NCBI RefSeq assembly: GCF_044704955.1
Contig: NC_091978.1
Location: 112,840,001 to 112,904,000, forward strand
From: Pristiophorus japonicus
Taxonomy: Eukaryota
Reading direction: 5' to 3'
DNA: 64,000 nt
Made by a program: the position numbers and the translations under genes
Notes under the pieces: generated by a model
The model's input: only the letters and a program-made list of their open reading frames with translations
Told to the model about the DNA's origin: nothing
The model's database searches: none
Part shown: one piece after another, positions 1 through 11,520 of the stretch
Layout: each line of letters starts with the position of its first letter
Numbering within the stretch: position 1 is the first letter of the stretch

Positions 1-3000
1 TGAGCCCCATCCACACAAAACTGAGAACGCACACCAAAGAGCTTATCACTGTCCTGGGCAGCGCCATGGTCAAGGTCACCTATGAGGGCACGGTGCATGA
101 ACTGCCACTCTGGATTGTCCCGGGTGATCTACGGCCCCACACTGCTTGGAAGGAGCTGGCTGGGCAAAATCCGCTGGAACTGGGATGACATCCGAGCACT
201 ATCACATGTCGATGAGGCCTCATGTACCCAGGTTCTTAACAAATTTCCTTCCCTTTTTGAGCCAGGCATTGGAAACTTTTCCGGAGCGAAGGTGTAGATC
301 CACTTGGTCCCAGAGGCACGACCCATTCACTACAAGGCGTGAGCAGTACCTCACATGATGAGGGAGAGAGTGGAAATCGAGCTGGACAGGCTGCAACGCG
401 AGGACATCATCTCCCCAGTGGAATTCAGCAAGTGGGCCAGCCCGATTGTTCCAGTACTCAAAAGTGATGGCACGGTCAGGATTTGCGGTGATTATAAAGT
501 AACTATTAATCGTTTTTCGCTGCAGGACCAATACCCGCTACCTAAGTCAGACAATCTATTGGCGACCCTGGCAGGAGGTAAGACGTTCACCAAGCTCGAC
601 CTGACTTCGGCCTACATGACGCAGGAGCTGGAGGAGTCTTTGAAGGGCCTCACCTGCATCAACACGCACAAGGGACTGTTCATCTACAACAGATGCCCAT
701 TTGGAATTCGGTCGGCTGCAGCGATCTTCCAGAGATACATGAAGAGCCTACTCAAGTCGGTACCACACACGGTGGTCTTTCAGGATGATATATTGGTCAT
801 GGGCCGGGACACTGGCGAGCACCTACAAAACCTGGAGGAGGTCCTCCAGCGACTGGATCGCGTAGGGCTGCAGCTGAAGAGGTCGAAATGCGTCTTCATG
901 GCAACATAAGTGGAGTTTTTGGGGAGAAAGATTGCGGCGGACGGCATTTAGCCCATAGACGCCAAGACAGAGGCTATCAGGAATGCGCCCAGGCCACAGA
1001 ACGTCATGGAGCTGTGGTCGTTCCTGGGACTCCTCTACTATTTTGGTAACTTCCTACCGGGGTTAAGCACCCTTTTAGAGCCCCTACATGTGTTATTACG
1101 CAAAGGTGAGAACTAGATATGGGGAAAAAAACAAGTAATTGCTTTTGAGAAAGCCAGAAACATTTTATGCTCCCACAAGCTGCTTGTATTGTATAACTCG
1201 TGTAAAAGACTTGTGCTAGCATGTGACACGTCATCGTATGGAGTCGGGTGTGTATTACAACAAGCTAATGTTGCGGGGAAGTTGCAACCTGTCGCTTATG
1301 CTTACAGGAGCTTGTCTAAGGCCGAGAGGGCCTACAGCATGATTGAGAAAGAGGCATTAGCGTGTGTGTTCGGGGTAAAGAAAATGCATCAGTACCTGTT
1401 TGGCCTCAAATTTGAGCAGGAAACCGATCACAAGCCCCTCACATCCCTGCTCGCTGAAAACAAGGGGATAAATACTAATGCCTCAGCCCGCATACAAAGG
1501 TGAGCACTCACGCTATCAGCGTATAACTATACCATCCGCCACAGGCCAGGCACAGAGAACTGTGCAGATGCTCTCAGTCGGCTACTATTGCCCACCATGG
1601 GGGTGGAAATGGCGCAGCCTGCAAACTTGTTGATGGTGGCGCAGCCCGCAGACTTGTTGATGGTCATGGAAGCGTTTGAAAATAATAAATCACCTGTCAC
1701 GGCCCGCCAGATTAGGACTTGGACCAGCCAAGATCCTCTGCTGTCCCTAGTAAAAATTTTTGTGCTGCATGGGAGCTGGGCCAGCATCCCCGTTGACATG
1801 CAAGAGCCAATCAAGCCGATCCAGCGGCGAAAGGACGAGCTGTCCATTCAGGCAGACTGCCTATTGTGGGGTAATCGCGTAGTGCGACCAAAAAGGGGCA
1901 GGGAGATGTTCATCTCGGATCTCCACAGCACACACCCAGGTATAGTAATGATGGAAAGCGATAGCCAGATCCCACGTGTGGTGGCCCGGTATCGACTCTG
2001 ACTTAGAGTCCTGTGTACGGCAATGCAGCGTATGTGCTCAATTGAGCAACGCGCCCAGAGAGGCGCCACTAAGTTTGTGGTCCTGGCCCTCCAGACCATG
2101 GCCAAGGATCCATGTCGACTATGCGGGCCCGTTTCTCGGTAAAATGTTCCTGGTGGTGATGGATGCTTTTTCAAAATGGATTGAATGTGAAATAATGTCG
2201 GGAAGCACCGCCACCGCCACCATTGAAAGCCTGAGAGCCATGTTTGCCACCCACGGCCTGCCTGACATACTGGTCAGTGACAACAGGCCATGTTTCATCA
2301 GTGCCGAATTTAAAGAATTCATGACCCGCAATGGGATCAAACATGTCACCTCGGCCTCATTTAAAACAGCCTCCAATGGGCAGGCAGAGCGGGCAGTACA
2401 AACCATCAAACAGAGCCTTAAACGAGTCACAGAAGGCTCACTCCAAACCCGCCTGTCCCGAGTACTGCTCAGCTACCGCACGAGACCCCACTCACTCACT
2501 GGGGTGCCCCCGGCTGAGCTACTCATGAAAAGGACACTTAAAATCAGACTCTCGCTGGTTCACCCCAACCTGCATGATCAGGTAGAGAGCAGGCAGCAGC
2601 AACAAAGGTTGCACCACTGTGTCACGGGAAATTGATCTGAATGACCCTGTGTATGTGCTAAACTATGGACATGGTCCCAAGTGGATCGCGGGCACGGTGA
2701 TAGCTAAAGAAGGGAATAGGATGTTTGTAGTCAAACTAGACAATGGACAAATTTGCAGAAAGCACCTGGACCAAATGAGGCTGCGGTTCACAGACTACCC
2801 TGAACAACCCACAGCAGACACCACCTTTTTCGAGCCCACAACACACACCCAAAGGATCAACGACACCATGTCAGACCAGGAAATCGAATCCATCACGCCC
2901 AACAGCCCAGCAAGGCCAGGCTCACCCAGCAGCCCTGCAGGGCCAACAACACACCAGCCCAGCGAGGGCACAGCCAACATACCAGAACAGACATTTGTAC

Positions 3001-3022
3001 TGAGGCGGTCCACCAGGGAAAG
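1..3022 (+). mobile_element. Gypsy/Ty3 LTR retrotransposon pol (protease end, RT, RNase H, integrase), degenerate
   Basis: ORFs 355-909 (WASPIVPV, RICGDYK, YPLP, FQDD), 1189-1503 (CDTSSYGVG, YSMIEKEAL, TDHKPL) and 1976-2635 (WWPGID, CxxC, HVDYAGP, VSDN, SNGQAER). The order RT-RH-IN is the Gypsy order. Stops and frameshifts are present. The 5' part lies outside the window. Confidence 0.95.
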
Positions 3023-3156
3023 CCAGCATCCCTTGGGAGCATTGTATATAAGCCGGCCCCTAAGGCCTGTTCCTCACTCTGGAGTGTCTTATTAAAGCCT
3101 GAGGTCACTGTTACTTTAACCTCCCTGTGTGCAGCCTCATCTGTGTTAGGAACACA
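3023..3156 (+). repeat. 3' portion of the LTR of the + strand Gypsy element
   Basis: Follows the pol C-terminus (LRRSTRE). Contains TATATAAG and ATTAAA and ends ...GGAACACA at the junction with the second Gypsy element. No polypurine tract or TG start is visible. Confidence 0.6.
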
Positions 3157-5318
3157 ATAGATACGAGGGGATGTGATTTTCTCCTTAAGTGTGATGAATT
3201 CCTGAGCCTGGGAATCTGTCCATTCCCAAGGGACGTCCTTGCATAGCAACTTGCGAAGTGGTTCAGCAATGTGCGCGTAGTGTGGGATGAACTTCAGATA
3301 GAAGTTGCAAGTGCTGAGGAATGGTGAAAATTCATTGACATTGGTAGCCTTCTGCATTCGCTGGATCACGTCAATGTTATCAACCTTGTGTTGTGACTCT
3401 GTCGCCCAGAAAGTTTATTTCTCCAGCAGAGAATGTACACATATCGGCATTAAGTCTAATATTATGTGTAGCAAGTCTAGCCATAACTGCGTGAAGTCGC
3501 TGGTCATGTTTTTCTATTGTCCGTCCATGGACGACGATATCATCAAGCAGATTGAGGGCTCCCTCTATGCCTGCTGGCATAGTAGTGACAATCTTATGAA
3601 ATGCACTTGGTGCAGAAGATAATCCGTAGGGCATGCGTCAATACTGATACAGACCATCATACGTCGTGAATGTCGTGAGCGGTTTGCTGCCCTCCATTAG
3701 GGGTATTTGCAAGTAACTGTGGCACATGTCGAGTTTTGTAAAAACTATTGAGCCGTGGAATTCTGAAGACAGTTCGTCGATGGTAGGAAGAGGGTACTTG
3801 TCGGGGATGATGGCCTTGTTCACCTCTTTCAGGTCGGTTCATAGGCGGATCTCCCCATTTTTACGCCAAGCATTGATAAGTTCGAGATCCAGGGTGAGGA
3901 GTTGATGCTCTCAATGATTCCCTGAGATTCGAGTTGCGTTAATTCTGCGGATACTTAGTCGCGAACCACGAATGGGAGATGGTGAAGTCGCTGTGTAACC
4001 GGTTTGACGGAAGGGTCAATGCGGGGACAATGGCAGAATTTTGTTGTCATTCCAAACCCTGTGAAGATTGAGGGATACTGCTTGTCAAATTCCACCGTGT
4101 ATACAGGTATGCTGGTTGGGTCGTAAACTTTGAACCCAAGCTTGTCAAAAAGGTCAACACCATGAGGCTTCGTCCCTTCGTGACATAAAAGGAAAAGTTC
4201 TCCAATGTTATGTCCTTGTAGTATATCAGGAGAGATATGACCCCAAGTACCTCAATTTTGGAGTCAGAGTACGCATGTAGAATGGAAGTTGCAAAGTTGT
4301 GGGCTGCAGTTGACAGTGCGTGAAGTGGGTTTTGTACACAGCCTCGCTCAAAATGGAGACTTTGGCTCCAAGGTCAATGAAGAGGCAGATGGGTGTGCCG
4401 TCAATGTTTGCCTCACGGTCCTTGAATTTGCCTGAACCGATGTGAGAAATATCACTAACTGTGTAAATCATACTGGGTTCATCACTATTGGGGTTGTCCA
4501 CATGTCGAATATGCTGCAATGAGCACCAGACACTGGCAGAATGTTTCATCTTACCACATGCAGAGCGTTTCTTCCCACGTGCAGGACAGTTAGGACGCTT
4601 TGCTGAGTGTGATTTGTCCCCACAGTTAAAGCAGTAGAAGTTAAGACCGTGATCCGTAGTGGGTGGTTTATTACTAGCCCTGGGTCTCTGCTGTGATTTC
4701 CGCTTTGGACGAACGCTTTGCACATGGGCTGTGACTGAAGTCTGCTGCACAGGGGGAGCAGGGGATCTGATCGCTGTTGAATTGAAAAGTGCTGATTTGA
4801 TTTGGATGGCCAAATTAGTTGCTTTATCCAATGTTAATTTGTCATCCTCCATTAGCAAGCGTTCCCGAATGCGGGGGATGGTTGTTTTCTCAATCATTTG
4901 ATCCCTGATCATTTCCTCTGTGAGTGATCCAAAGTTACACGTGGTGGCCAGTTCAGTTAATGAAATGTTGTCCTGTTTGATTCGTTCACCATTCCCTTGC
5001 CCCTTTTTATGAAATTGGTATCTCTCCATCACGATACTTTTCTTTGGCACAAAATATTTCTCTGGAACGCTTACCATTTTGTCGTAGACTCCGTGTCTTC
5101 GATTTAGCCAAAGATGCGTTGGCCTTCAGCGCCAAGGCAGTGAATAAGTATTGCACGGCAGTGAGTTGGTGTTACATTGTCGCCGTCTAACCTACTCACC
5201 GTGATGTATGTAGAAAAACATTTTATCCATCTCAGCCACAGAATTGGAGGGTCCCTGGGTGTGGAGAGGAAAGGCGGGGGGTAAGGAGATTAATTTGAGT
5301 AATTCTCATACCAAATGA
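3157..5318 (-). mobile_element. Second Gypsy/Ty3 element (gag, protease, RT, start of RNase H), degenerate
   Basis: Gag N-terminus PPPFLSTPRDPPILWLRWIKM and ILIHCLGAEGQRIF near 5100-5290. ORF 4226-5077 has a CFNCGDKSH knuckle and IDLGA protease motif. RT pieces: 3638-3823 (DKYPLPTIDE, FTKLD), 3380-3634 (MPYGLSSAP, LLDD) and 3160-3369 (FIPHYAHIAEPLRKLL, WEWT). Confidence 0.93.
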
Positions 5319-5508
5319 TGTTGTGTACGCGCAAATAACTGACAAACTGAGCCAGGAAAAAAGTAACGTAACTGTGCTTTTATACAACCCAAAATGGTGT
5401 CCCAAACCGGCATGAATCAGAATGAGTATAGCAACTGTGAATAGCTTCTGCAGGGTCCTAATGACCGCCCCGTGAACTGTAACAAATAAATAGAGTATGA
5501 CAATAACA
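5319..5508 (-). repeat. 5' LTR (190 bp) of the - strand Gypsy element, with adjacent primer binding site
   Basis: On the - strand it begins TGTTATTG and ends ACACAACA (TG...CA, inverted TGTT/AACA ends) and contains TATAAAA. It is followed by TCATT-TGGTATGAGA (5304-5313), a TGG-starting PBS-like motif, and then directly by gag. Confidence 0.75.
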
Positions 5509-6206
5509 TCCTTCTCTCCCCTCTCTCTCCCCCGCTCTCTCCCCCTCTCTCTCCCCCCTCTCTCCCCCTCTCTCTCTCCTTCTCTCTCCCCATCTCTCTC
5601 CCTCTCTCTCCCCCCTCTCTTCCCATATCTTCCCATCTCTCCCCCTCTCTCCCTGTCTCTTCCCCCCTCTCTCTCCCTTTCTCTCCCCATCTCTACCCTT
5701 CTCTCTCTCCATCTCTCCCCCTCTCTTTTCCTGTACCTTCCCCTCTCTCCCCCTCTCCCCCTCGCTCTCCCCGTCTCTACCCCTGTCTCTCCCCATCTCT
5801 CCCCTCTCTCTCCTTGTATCTCACCCTCTCTCTCCCCTCTCTCTCTCCTCCCTCTCTCCCCGTCTCTACCCCTCCCTCTCCCCGTCTCTTCCCCTCTTTC
5901 TCCCCGTCTCTTCCCCTCTCTCTCCCTGTCTCTCCACCTCCCTCTCCCTGTATCTCCCCCTCTGTCTCGCCCTCTCTCTCCCCTCTCTCTTCTCTCCATC
6001 TCTCTCCCCCTCTCTCTCCCCGTCTCTCCACCTCCCTCTCCCTGTATCTCCCCCTCTGTCTCCCCCTCTCCTCTCCCCATCTCTCCCCCCCCTCCCCCTC
6101 TCTCTCCGTCTCTCCCCCTCTCTCCTCTCCCCGTCTCTCCCATTCTCTCTCCCTGTATCTGCCCTCTCTCTCCCCCTCTCCCCACTCTCTCCCCATCTCT
6201 CCCCTT
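5509..6206. repeat. About 700-bp CT-rich polypyrimidine low-complexity tract
   Basis: Almost all C/T, built from units such as CTCTCTCCCC, CTCTCCCCATCT and CTCTCCCTGTATCT. Confidence 0.97.
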
Positions 6207-6566
6207 TCAATCCAAGCTTCTCCAGGGCCTTGATCCACATAGCTGAACAAAGCGTGAGTCCATGCTGCACCGTGGGCTACACCGCATGCATGGCCAGACC
6301 TCGGTGCAAGCGCGCACGTGCAGAAGGGCATGGGGTGCACATGTGCATGCGCAGAAAGACATGAAAATGTTCGTGCAGATAAACATTTTGTTGAGTAATT
6401 CACTTTGGAGAGATGTCGTTCCTTTGAACTTCTACATCTGCAAATAATGGGCGTAAAGCACATGACATCTTATCTTGCATAATGAGAATAAGAAATTAAC
6501 ATTTTCTTTTTAATTTGAAAGAGCCCTTGGTAAGGATACATTTTATGCTGATGCCTTAAAGCATTA

Positions 6567-7286
6567 GGGGCAGAGTTTCCACTGGGGCGCAATTGGTGAA
6601 AAGGGCGGAAATGCCACCCAAAATTGCGCCCATTTTGATAAAGTTTTTTTTCCTCGTGTTTCCACTCAAACATATTTACATATTGGAGAACGCAACATCT
6701 GCTTTGAACCAGCACAATCAGGCAGCATTTTAAAATGTAATTTAAAAAAAATTGCTTTAAAAACTATTCCTTGAGATATTTAGAGTGATAACATGATACA
6801 ATTTGATTAACACAGCTGAAAATAGATTTATCACAAGAAAAAACATTTTTTATTACAATGTCAATCCGCCACTTGTGAGTAACCCGATTTTAAATTACTG
6901 AAAATGACTTAAAAAAATATACAGAACCATTTGCTAGTTATATTTGCTAGGTACTGCAGTCAGTTCCTTCATAAATTAAAAATATATTCAAAAGCTTTTA
7001 AAATGTTCCTATTACTGTCTTTGTGCCCAAAAGAACCAGTTTAATCTTTTAAGTTTCCCGAAGGCACGCAAATGAGCAGAAACTCCCAACGGTGATTAAT
7101 TCATCCTGGAGGCATGGCCAGTTTTATGGGTGGGGCCTGCTTCTAGCGCAATGTTGTTTAAACTGGTGCAAAAAAAATCACAAAAACTTGTAATTTGGGC
7201 TTAAAATAACGTAATCTTTTGAGTTAGTTATGTGTGTCAGACAAATTGCGAAATAAAACAACTCAACTGAATGGAAATTCCAGGCC
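6567..7286. mobile_element. PIF/Harbinger-type MITE
   Basis: Imperfect TIRs GGGGCAGAGTTTCC ... GGAAATTCCAGGCC with flanks TTA/TTT. No coding capacity. Confidence 0.55.
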
Positions 7287-8793
7287 TTTATGTGCTAAAA
7301 GTTATTGCTGTGCTTTGTCTGAAATGTTCAGAATTTATTTTCTAAAATGAGTAAGTTATAAAAATGTTATACAATTGTTAAACAGAGTTATGAGATGTGG
7401 TGAGAATAAATAGCCTCAAAACATCATACATTTATGATACAATCTAAGTTACTGGATACATTATTACAAAATAAGCAATATTGTTTGCCAAGAGAACAAA
7501 CATTATTGTCCCTTAAAAGCCCAGGCTCTCAGGATGAGTTTCGATCAAAAGCAGTATTGTGCCAGTTCTTACACTGTGATTGTTGGCTCAAGCTTACATT
7601 GTCTTTTCTGCCGAGTATGATAGTGATTACTCCAGTGTGTGCATGTTGACCTGGATTGTAAACCTCAATCTCTTTAAACCAAGAATTGGACATTGTGCTT
7701 TAATCAAATTGAGGATTTATGTTCAAGCATAAAGTATGTGAAAACAGTTACTGTAGCCAGTAATAATTCATGGTCACAACAACAAGATAGAGTTTATTTC
7801 ATGTGAAGGATCTGTGACTGACAGATCTTTGACAATTACACGATTTACATAAAGCCATTTAGCAACAAAACTACTGTTAATGAGCTTGTTAACTGGTTCG
7901 AGTGTTTTAACAACTACCCCAGTGTGTCAATCAATACATTGGCATATTTATCATTAGATTAATATTTTTTCAACACAACTACTATTTGCCAATAAATTGT
8001 GAAACCTATTCAATAAATTTGTTGATGAGGGATTTGTCCAACAAAAATGTCTGCTTGTGTGGACAAGCTGGTGAATCATCAAAATTACGTGCCCAGCCAA
8101 TTGTCAGCACTCCCCCATGCGTGACATTAGTGACCAGATGTTGAGAAATTCCAGAATTTTAGTTCATCATCTGAGGTTTGTTGACAAATGCTGACAAGTC
8201 AATGGATTATATGTAAACAGTCTGGATTATTCTGGACAGATAAACTATTATCAACTCTCTGTAAATAACTCATGAGTTTATACTAACTACAGAACACATG
8301 CTTATTTAACCTGACTGCTCACAGAAGGGAAGAGCTTTTATCGGCATGACTTGATGTCATCCTTAAATCTGTTGGTAGCTCTGGTGCACATGTTTTTCTA
8401 TTTATTGCTAATGGGCTCCAGTTGAGTGTTAAAAGGGCTAAACTAACTTCAGACTGGTGGCCAGCCCAGGGAAATTCCTGTCTCCCGCAGTTCAAAGGTT
8501 TTGTAAAATATAAGCTCATGCATTATGATGATGAAAGCAATTGCAGTAATAATGCTAGTCTAACATCAGACCGAATTATTAACATTAAAGGCACAATTTG
8601 TGCTCAACATGTGATCCGCTTTCCCTCCTGCGCAAGTAAATTCATCTGTGGCATGATTATCTTTGAAATTTGTGTTTATTGAAAAGTGTGATCACAATAG
8701 AAAATGAGCAGTCAACAGAGACCCTCATCAATTATGCATCCAATTTCAGGATCTGACCACCGTTAATATATTTAATATTATTTTCTATTATAG

Positions 8794-8930
8794 ATCTTGA
8801 ATACAGCACAACGATAGACTCTGCACGGCGTGTCTCCAGAGGGCTCTTTAATGAAACACATGAGAGAAATATCCAAGAAAATATCACCTTACCCTTCGAT
8901 AGCTGCGCTGAACACATCTTCTACATGTTG
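8794..8930 (+). CDS. ITGA1: Integrin alpha-1-like exon (137 nt, thigh domain)
   Basis: Acceptor ttctattatAG. Encodes (D)LEYSTTIDSARRVSRGLFNETHERNIQENITLPFDSCAEHIFYML, similar to recalled human ITGA1 DLQYRVTLDSLRQISRSFF...ECTKHSFYML. Donor is TTG|GCAAGT (GC), phase 0. Confidence 0.9.
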
Positions 8931-8981
8931 GCAAGTAAATCATACTTTGCTTTTACAGACCTGGCAAAAGCTTTTCCAATA

Positions 8982-9240
8982 ACTCAGTGGGTAACTAACC
9001 CTGAGTATGATACTGAACTCAGATTCAGGTTCAATATCTCGTCTTGTACTGAGTTAATAGATTTCAAGTGAGGGAGCGTTGAGGCCATTATCACTGGCCT
9101 TCGTGTTTCCAGGCTAGCAAGGACAAAACTCTGCCAGGCATCATGTTCCTCATCACGGTCCAGTGATCCTCTGTGTGCATGTGTGAATACTGGGTGAGGA
9201 CAGATTTCGGTTTGGCTGTGACATCACATAGGCCGCCAAC
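8982..9240 (+). mobile_element. Degenerate LF-SINE-like tRNA-derived SINE
   Basis: A/B-box remnants (CTCAGTGGGTA, AGGTTCAAT). The body (CTGAGTTA...CCAGTGATCC...GGGTGAGGACAGATTTCGGTTTGGCTGTGA) resembles the LF-SINE consensus as recalled, and is similar to 9722-9950. Confidence 0.55.
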
Positions 9241-9454
9241 ACTCGCACATGAAGAGTGGTCACTTGGGCTAGTAATTGGAGGGCTATCAACAGCCATGAA
9301 ACCATACCACCCATACTTGTGGTTATAGAGTAGTTTATAGAATTAATCACTTTTTGAGTGCAGCAAATGTTATCTAAGCAAAATAGCAGCCATTCTACCT
9401 CAACAATGTCCCATATACAGCAATGTAATGTAAGACAGTTATATTTATTCAATA

Positions 9455-9710
9455 GTGTTGTTTGAGGGAAGAAAATTTGCGACAGCAATTCACTGCTCTT
9501 CTTTGAATAGTCCCATGAGAGCTTTAACATCCACCTGAACCTATAGAACGTGCAGAACAGAACCTCAGTTTAACAATTCATCTGAAGGACAGCATCTCCA
9601 ACAATAATGCACTCCTTCACTGCTGCACTGGAGTATCAGCCTAGATTAAGTTCAAACACAAAACCTTCTGATCAGAAGATGAAACATCCACCAACTGGCC
9701 CAAGCTGACA
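9455..9710 (-). mobile_element. SacSINE1/Deu-domain-like SINE
   Basis: Homologous to 15704-15995 (-) and 49324-49690 (+), for example CATCCACCTGAAC, CTGAAGGACAGCATCTCC and CTGCACTGGAGTATCAGCCTAG. Confidence 0.65.
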
Positions 9711-9721
9711 AGCTGTATGTT

Positions 9722-9950
9722 ACTCCAGTGAGTGACTTTATAGACCAGGAATGGTTTGATCCCCAGTTGATTACGAGTTAGTGCTCAGTCAAAGTGGTAG
9801 CAAAAAGCACTACAATTGGACTTAATGGCTTGAGCTTGGGGAGATGAAAATTAGCCGGGATTCCTGTAACTTTCTAGCAAGCCCTCCTGCAGGTAGGAAT
9901 AGGATTGGACTTGACAAAAATGCCCCTATATTAGTGAATAGCTTTACAGT
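9722..9950 (+). mobile_element. Second degenerate LF-SINE-like copy
   Basis: GGTTTGATCCCC (B box), GAGTTAG, CTACAATTGG, AAAATTAGCCGGGATTCCTG and AGGATTGGACTTG occur in the expected order. Confidence 0.5.
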
Positions 9951-10108
9951 GCTCAAACTGCCTTCCAGGGAGAGTTGGTAACCTGCCCTCTATCCTGCCG
10001 CCGTTAAACCCAGAAGTGGACATGTTGAGGTTGGGTTAGAGATTGACATTTTTTTGCATCTCACCCGGCCAAAACCCATCCGTTTTGGGGGTTAAAATTA
10101 TACCCAAT

Positions 10109-10134
10109 GTTTCAGGTCATCTACCTTTCATCAG
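10109..10134 (-). ncRNA. Hammerhead ribozyme core remnant (Penelope-type), stem III missing
   Basis: The - strand reads CTGATGA-A-AGGT-AGATG-ACCT-GAAAC, i.e. both conserved core boxes and a 4-bp stem II. Confidence 0.5.
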
Positions 10135-10351
10135 AACTGTCTTTGGACAGTAAATGTCCATTGTGTGACTATACTTTATAACTGCTCCTGTTTGTTATTG
10201 CTTTTTGTACACAACTGTTCTTTTTAACAACTTCTTGTTTGTGACTGGTACTTGTGTATCACTACTCTGTGACTCCTCTATAAGTGACTGCTTCTTGCGG
10301 TGACTGCCCATTCACAAATGTGACCATTGTTTGTCTCTGGCTAATTTTCAG

Positions 10352-10462
10352 GATGCTCCAGATTTTCTAAATCCTGTGGAGATTCTGGTGGAGTTTGCTC
10401 TATCAAATCCAGAGGAGGGACCAGTTCTAGATGCTGACCTACCAAATGAAAAGAAAGCTTTG
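10352..10462 (+). CDS. ITGA1: Integrin alpha-1-like exon (111 nt, thigh C-terminus)
   Basis: ttttcAG|GAT...TTG|GTAATT, phase 0/0. Encodes DAPDFLNPVEILVEFALSNPEEGPVLDADLPNEKKAL, similar to ITGA1 DKHDFQDSV...DPENGPVLDDSLPN. Confidence 0.93.
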
Positions 10463-11229
10463 GTAATTTAAAATTCTACAATTTTTATAATCTATTTGAT
10501 ATATTTCTGTAAAGTCACAAGTATTTGTTATTCAAAATATATTTTATTGAAACAATGTGGGCCTGATATTCCGCCTGCAGTGCCTGGGAACAATCATTTC
10601 ATAGAAACTGCAAAAGTAAAGGGGTAGTTACAGCCACCTCCTTTATGCTGCCCCAGGATTTCCAACGCCTTCCCAGTGTTGGATTGCAAATGAGGTGGGA
10701 GGAATCAGTCCTACCACCTCAATTTTGTCTCAGAACGCGCATGGGGCACCCACATCCGATGGGCCTTGCTGGGCCTTGCATCATGACTCATTTAGACTGG
10801 AGGGGCTGAGAGGCGCAGGTGAAAAGGTAAAGAGAACCCGAAAGTAACTTTTTAGGGAACCAGCATAGCTTTGGCATTGGGGCCTTCTTGCTAATGTTCT
10901 CATGAGGCCAGCAGTCAGAACTAATACCACAGCCCTGATCCTACCCCAGCTATGTCAGTGGCACAGGCCTGCGCGGGGGTCGGGGCGGGAGTGGGGGGGA
11001 AGGGGAGGAGAAGGTGGGCAGGGGTGGATGGCGAAACACACTAAATTCAGGTGCATTGCAGCCTGGACATTCAGACCGCACTTCCGATGCACTCTACTTG
11101 TCCTGCACCCAGGAAACCAGGGAAAAATACTGGGGCATTGGTTCTTGTATAATGTTATTTTGTATTTGAAAGTAAGTGACTAAATTTGACAGTTAAATAA
11201 TGTCCGAGTTCAAAGGAGAGTGTTACTGT

Positions 11230-11520
11230 GGGCCCAAGTTTTCCCAGGAGTTGCTCCGTTTTGTTTTGAGCAACTAGATTTTTTTTGGAGTAAATTAAAA
11301 ATCGCAATTCTCCCCATTTAATTTGCTCCAGTGTAAGTGAATTAGTTAGGTTTTTTTTTTGTTCAGTGTTTTTTTTCAAAAGGGGGCATTACCAGCCACT
11401 TATACCTGTTTTGGCTATTTAAGCAAGTTTAGCCAGCTAAACGTTACTCCAAATTAACTTAGGTCAGCATATGTGGCCACTTCTGTCTGCTCAGAAAAAC
11501 CTTGCGGTGAATTAAGGGCT
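11230..11520 (+). mobile_element. Orphan terminal fragment of a Harbinger transposon
   Basis: Starts GGGCCCAAGTTTTCCC, which nearly matches the reverse complement of the TIR at 56188-56203 (GGGCTCAATTTTCCCC). Confidence 0.5.

Noticed and set aside
5232-6463. Long ORFs rich in G/E/R or P/S/L (up to 317 aa)
   Set aside because: Artefacts of the stop-free CT/GA low-complexity tract.
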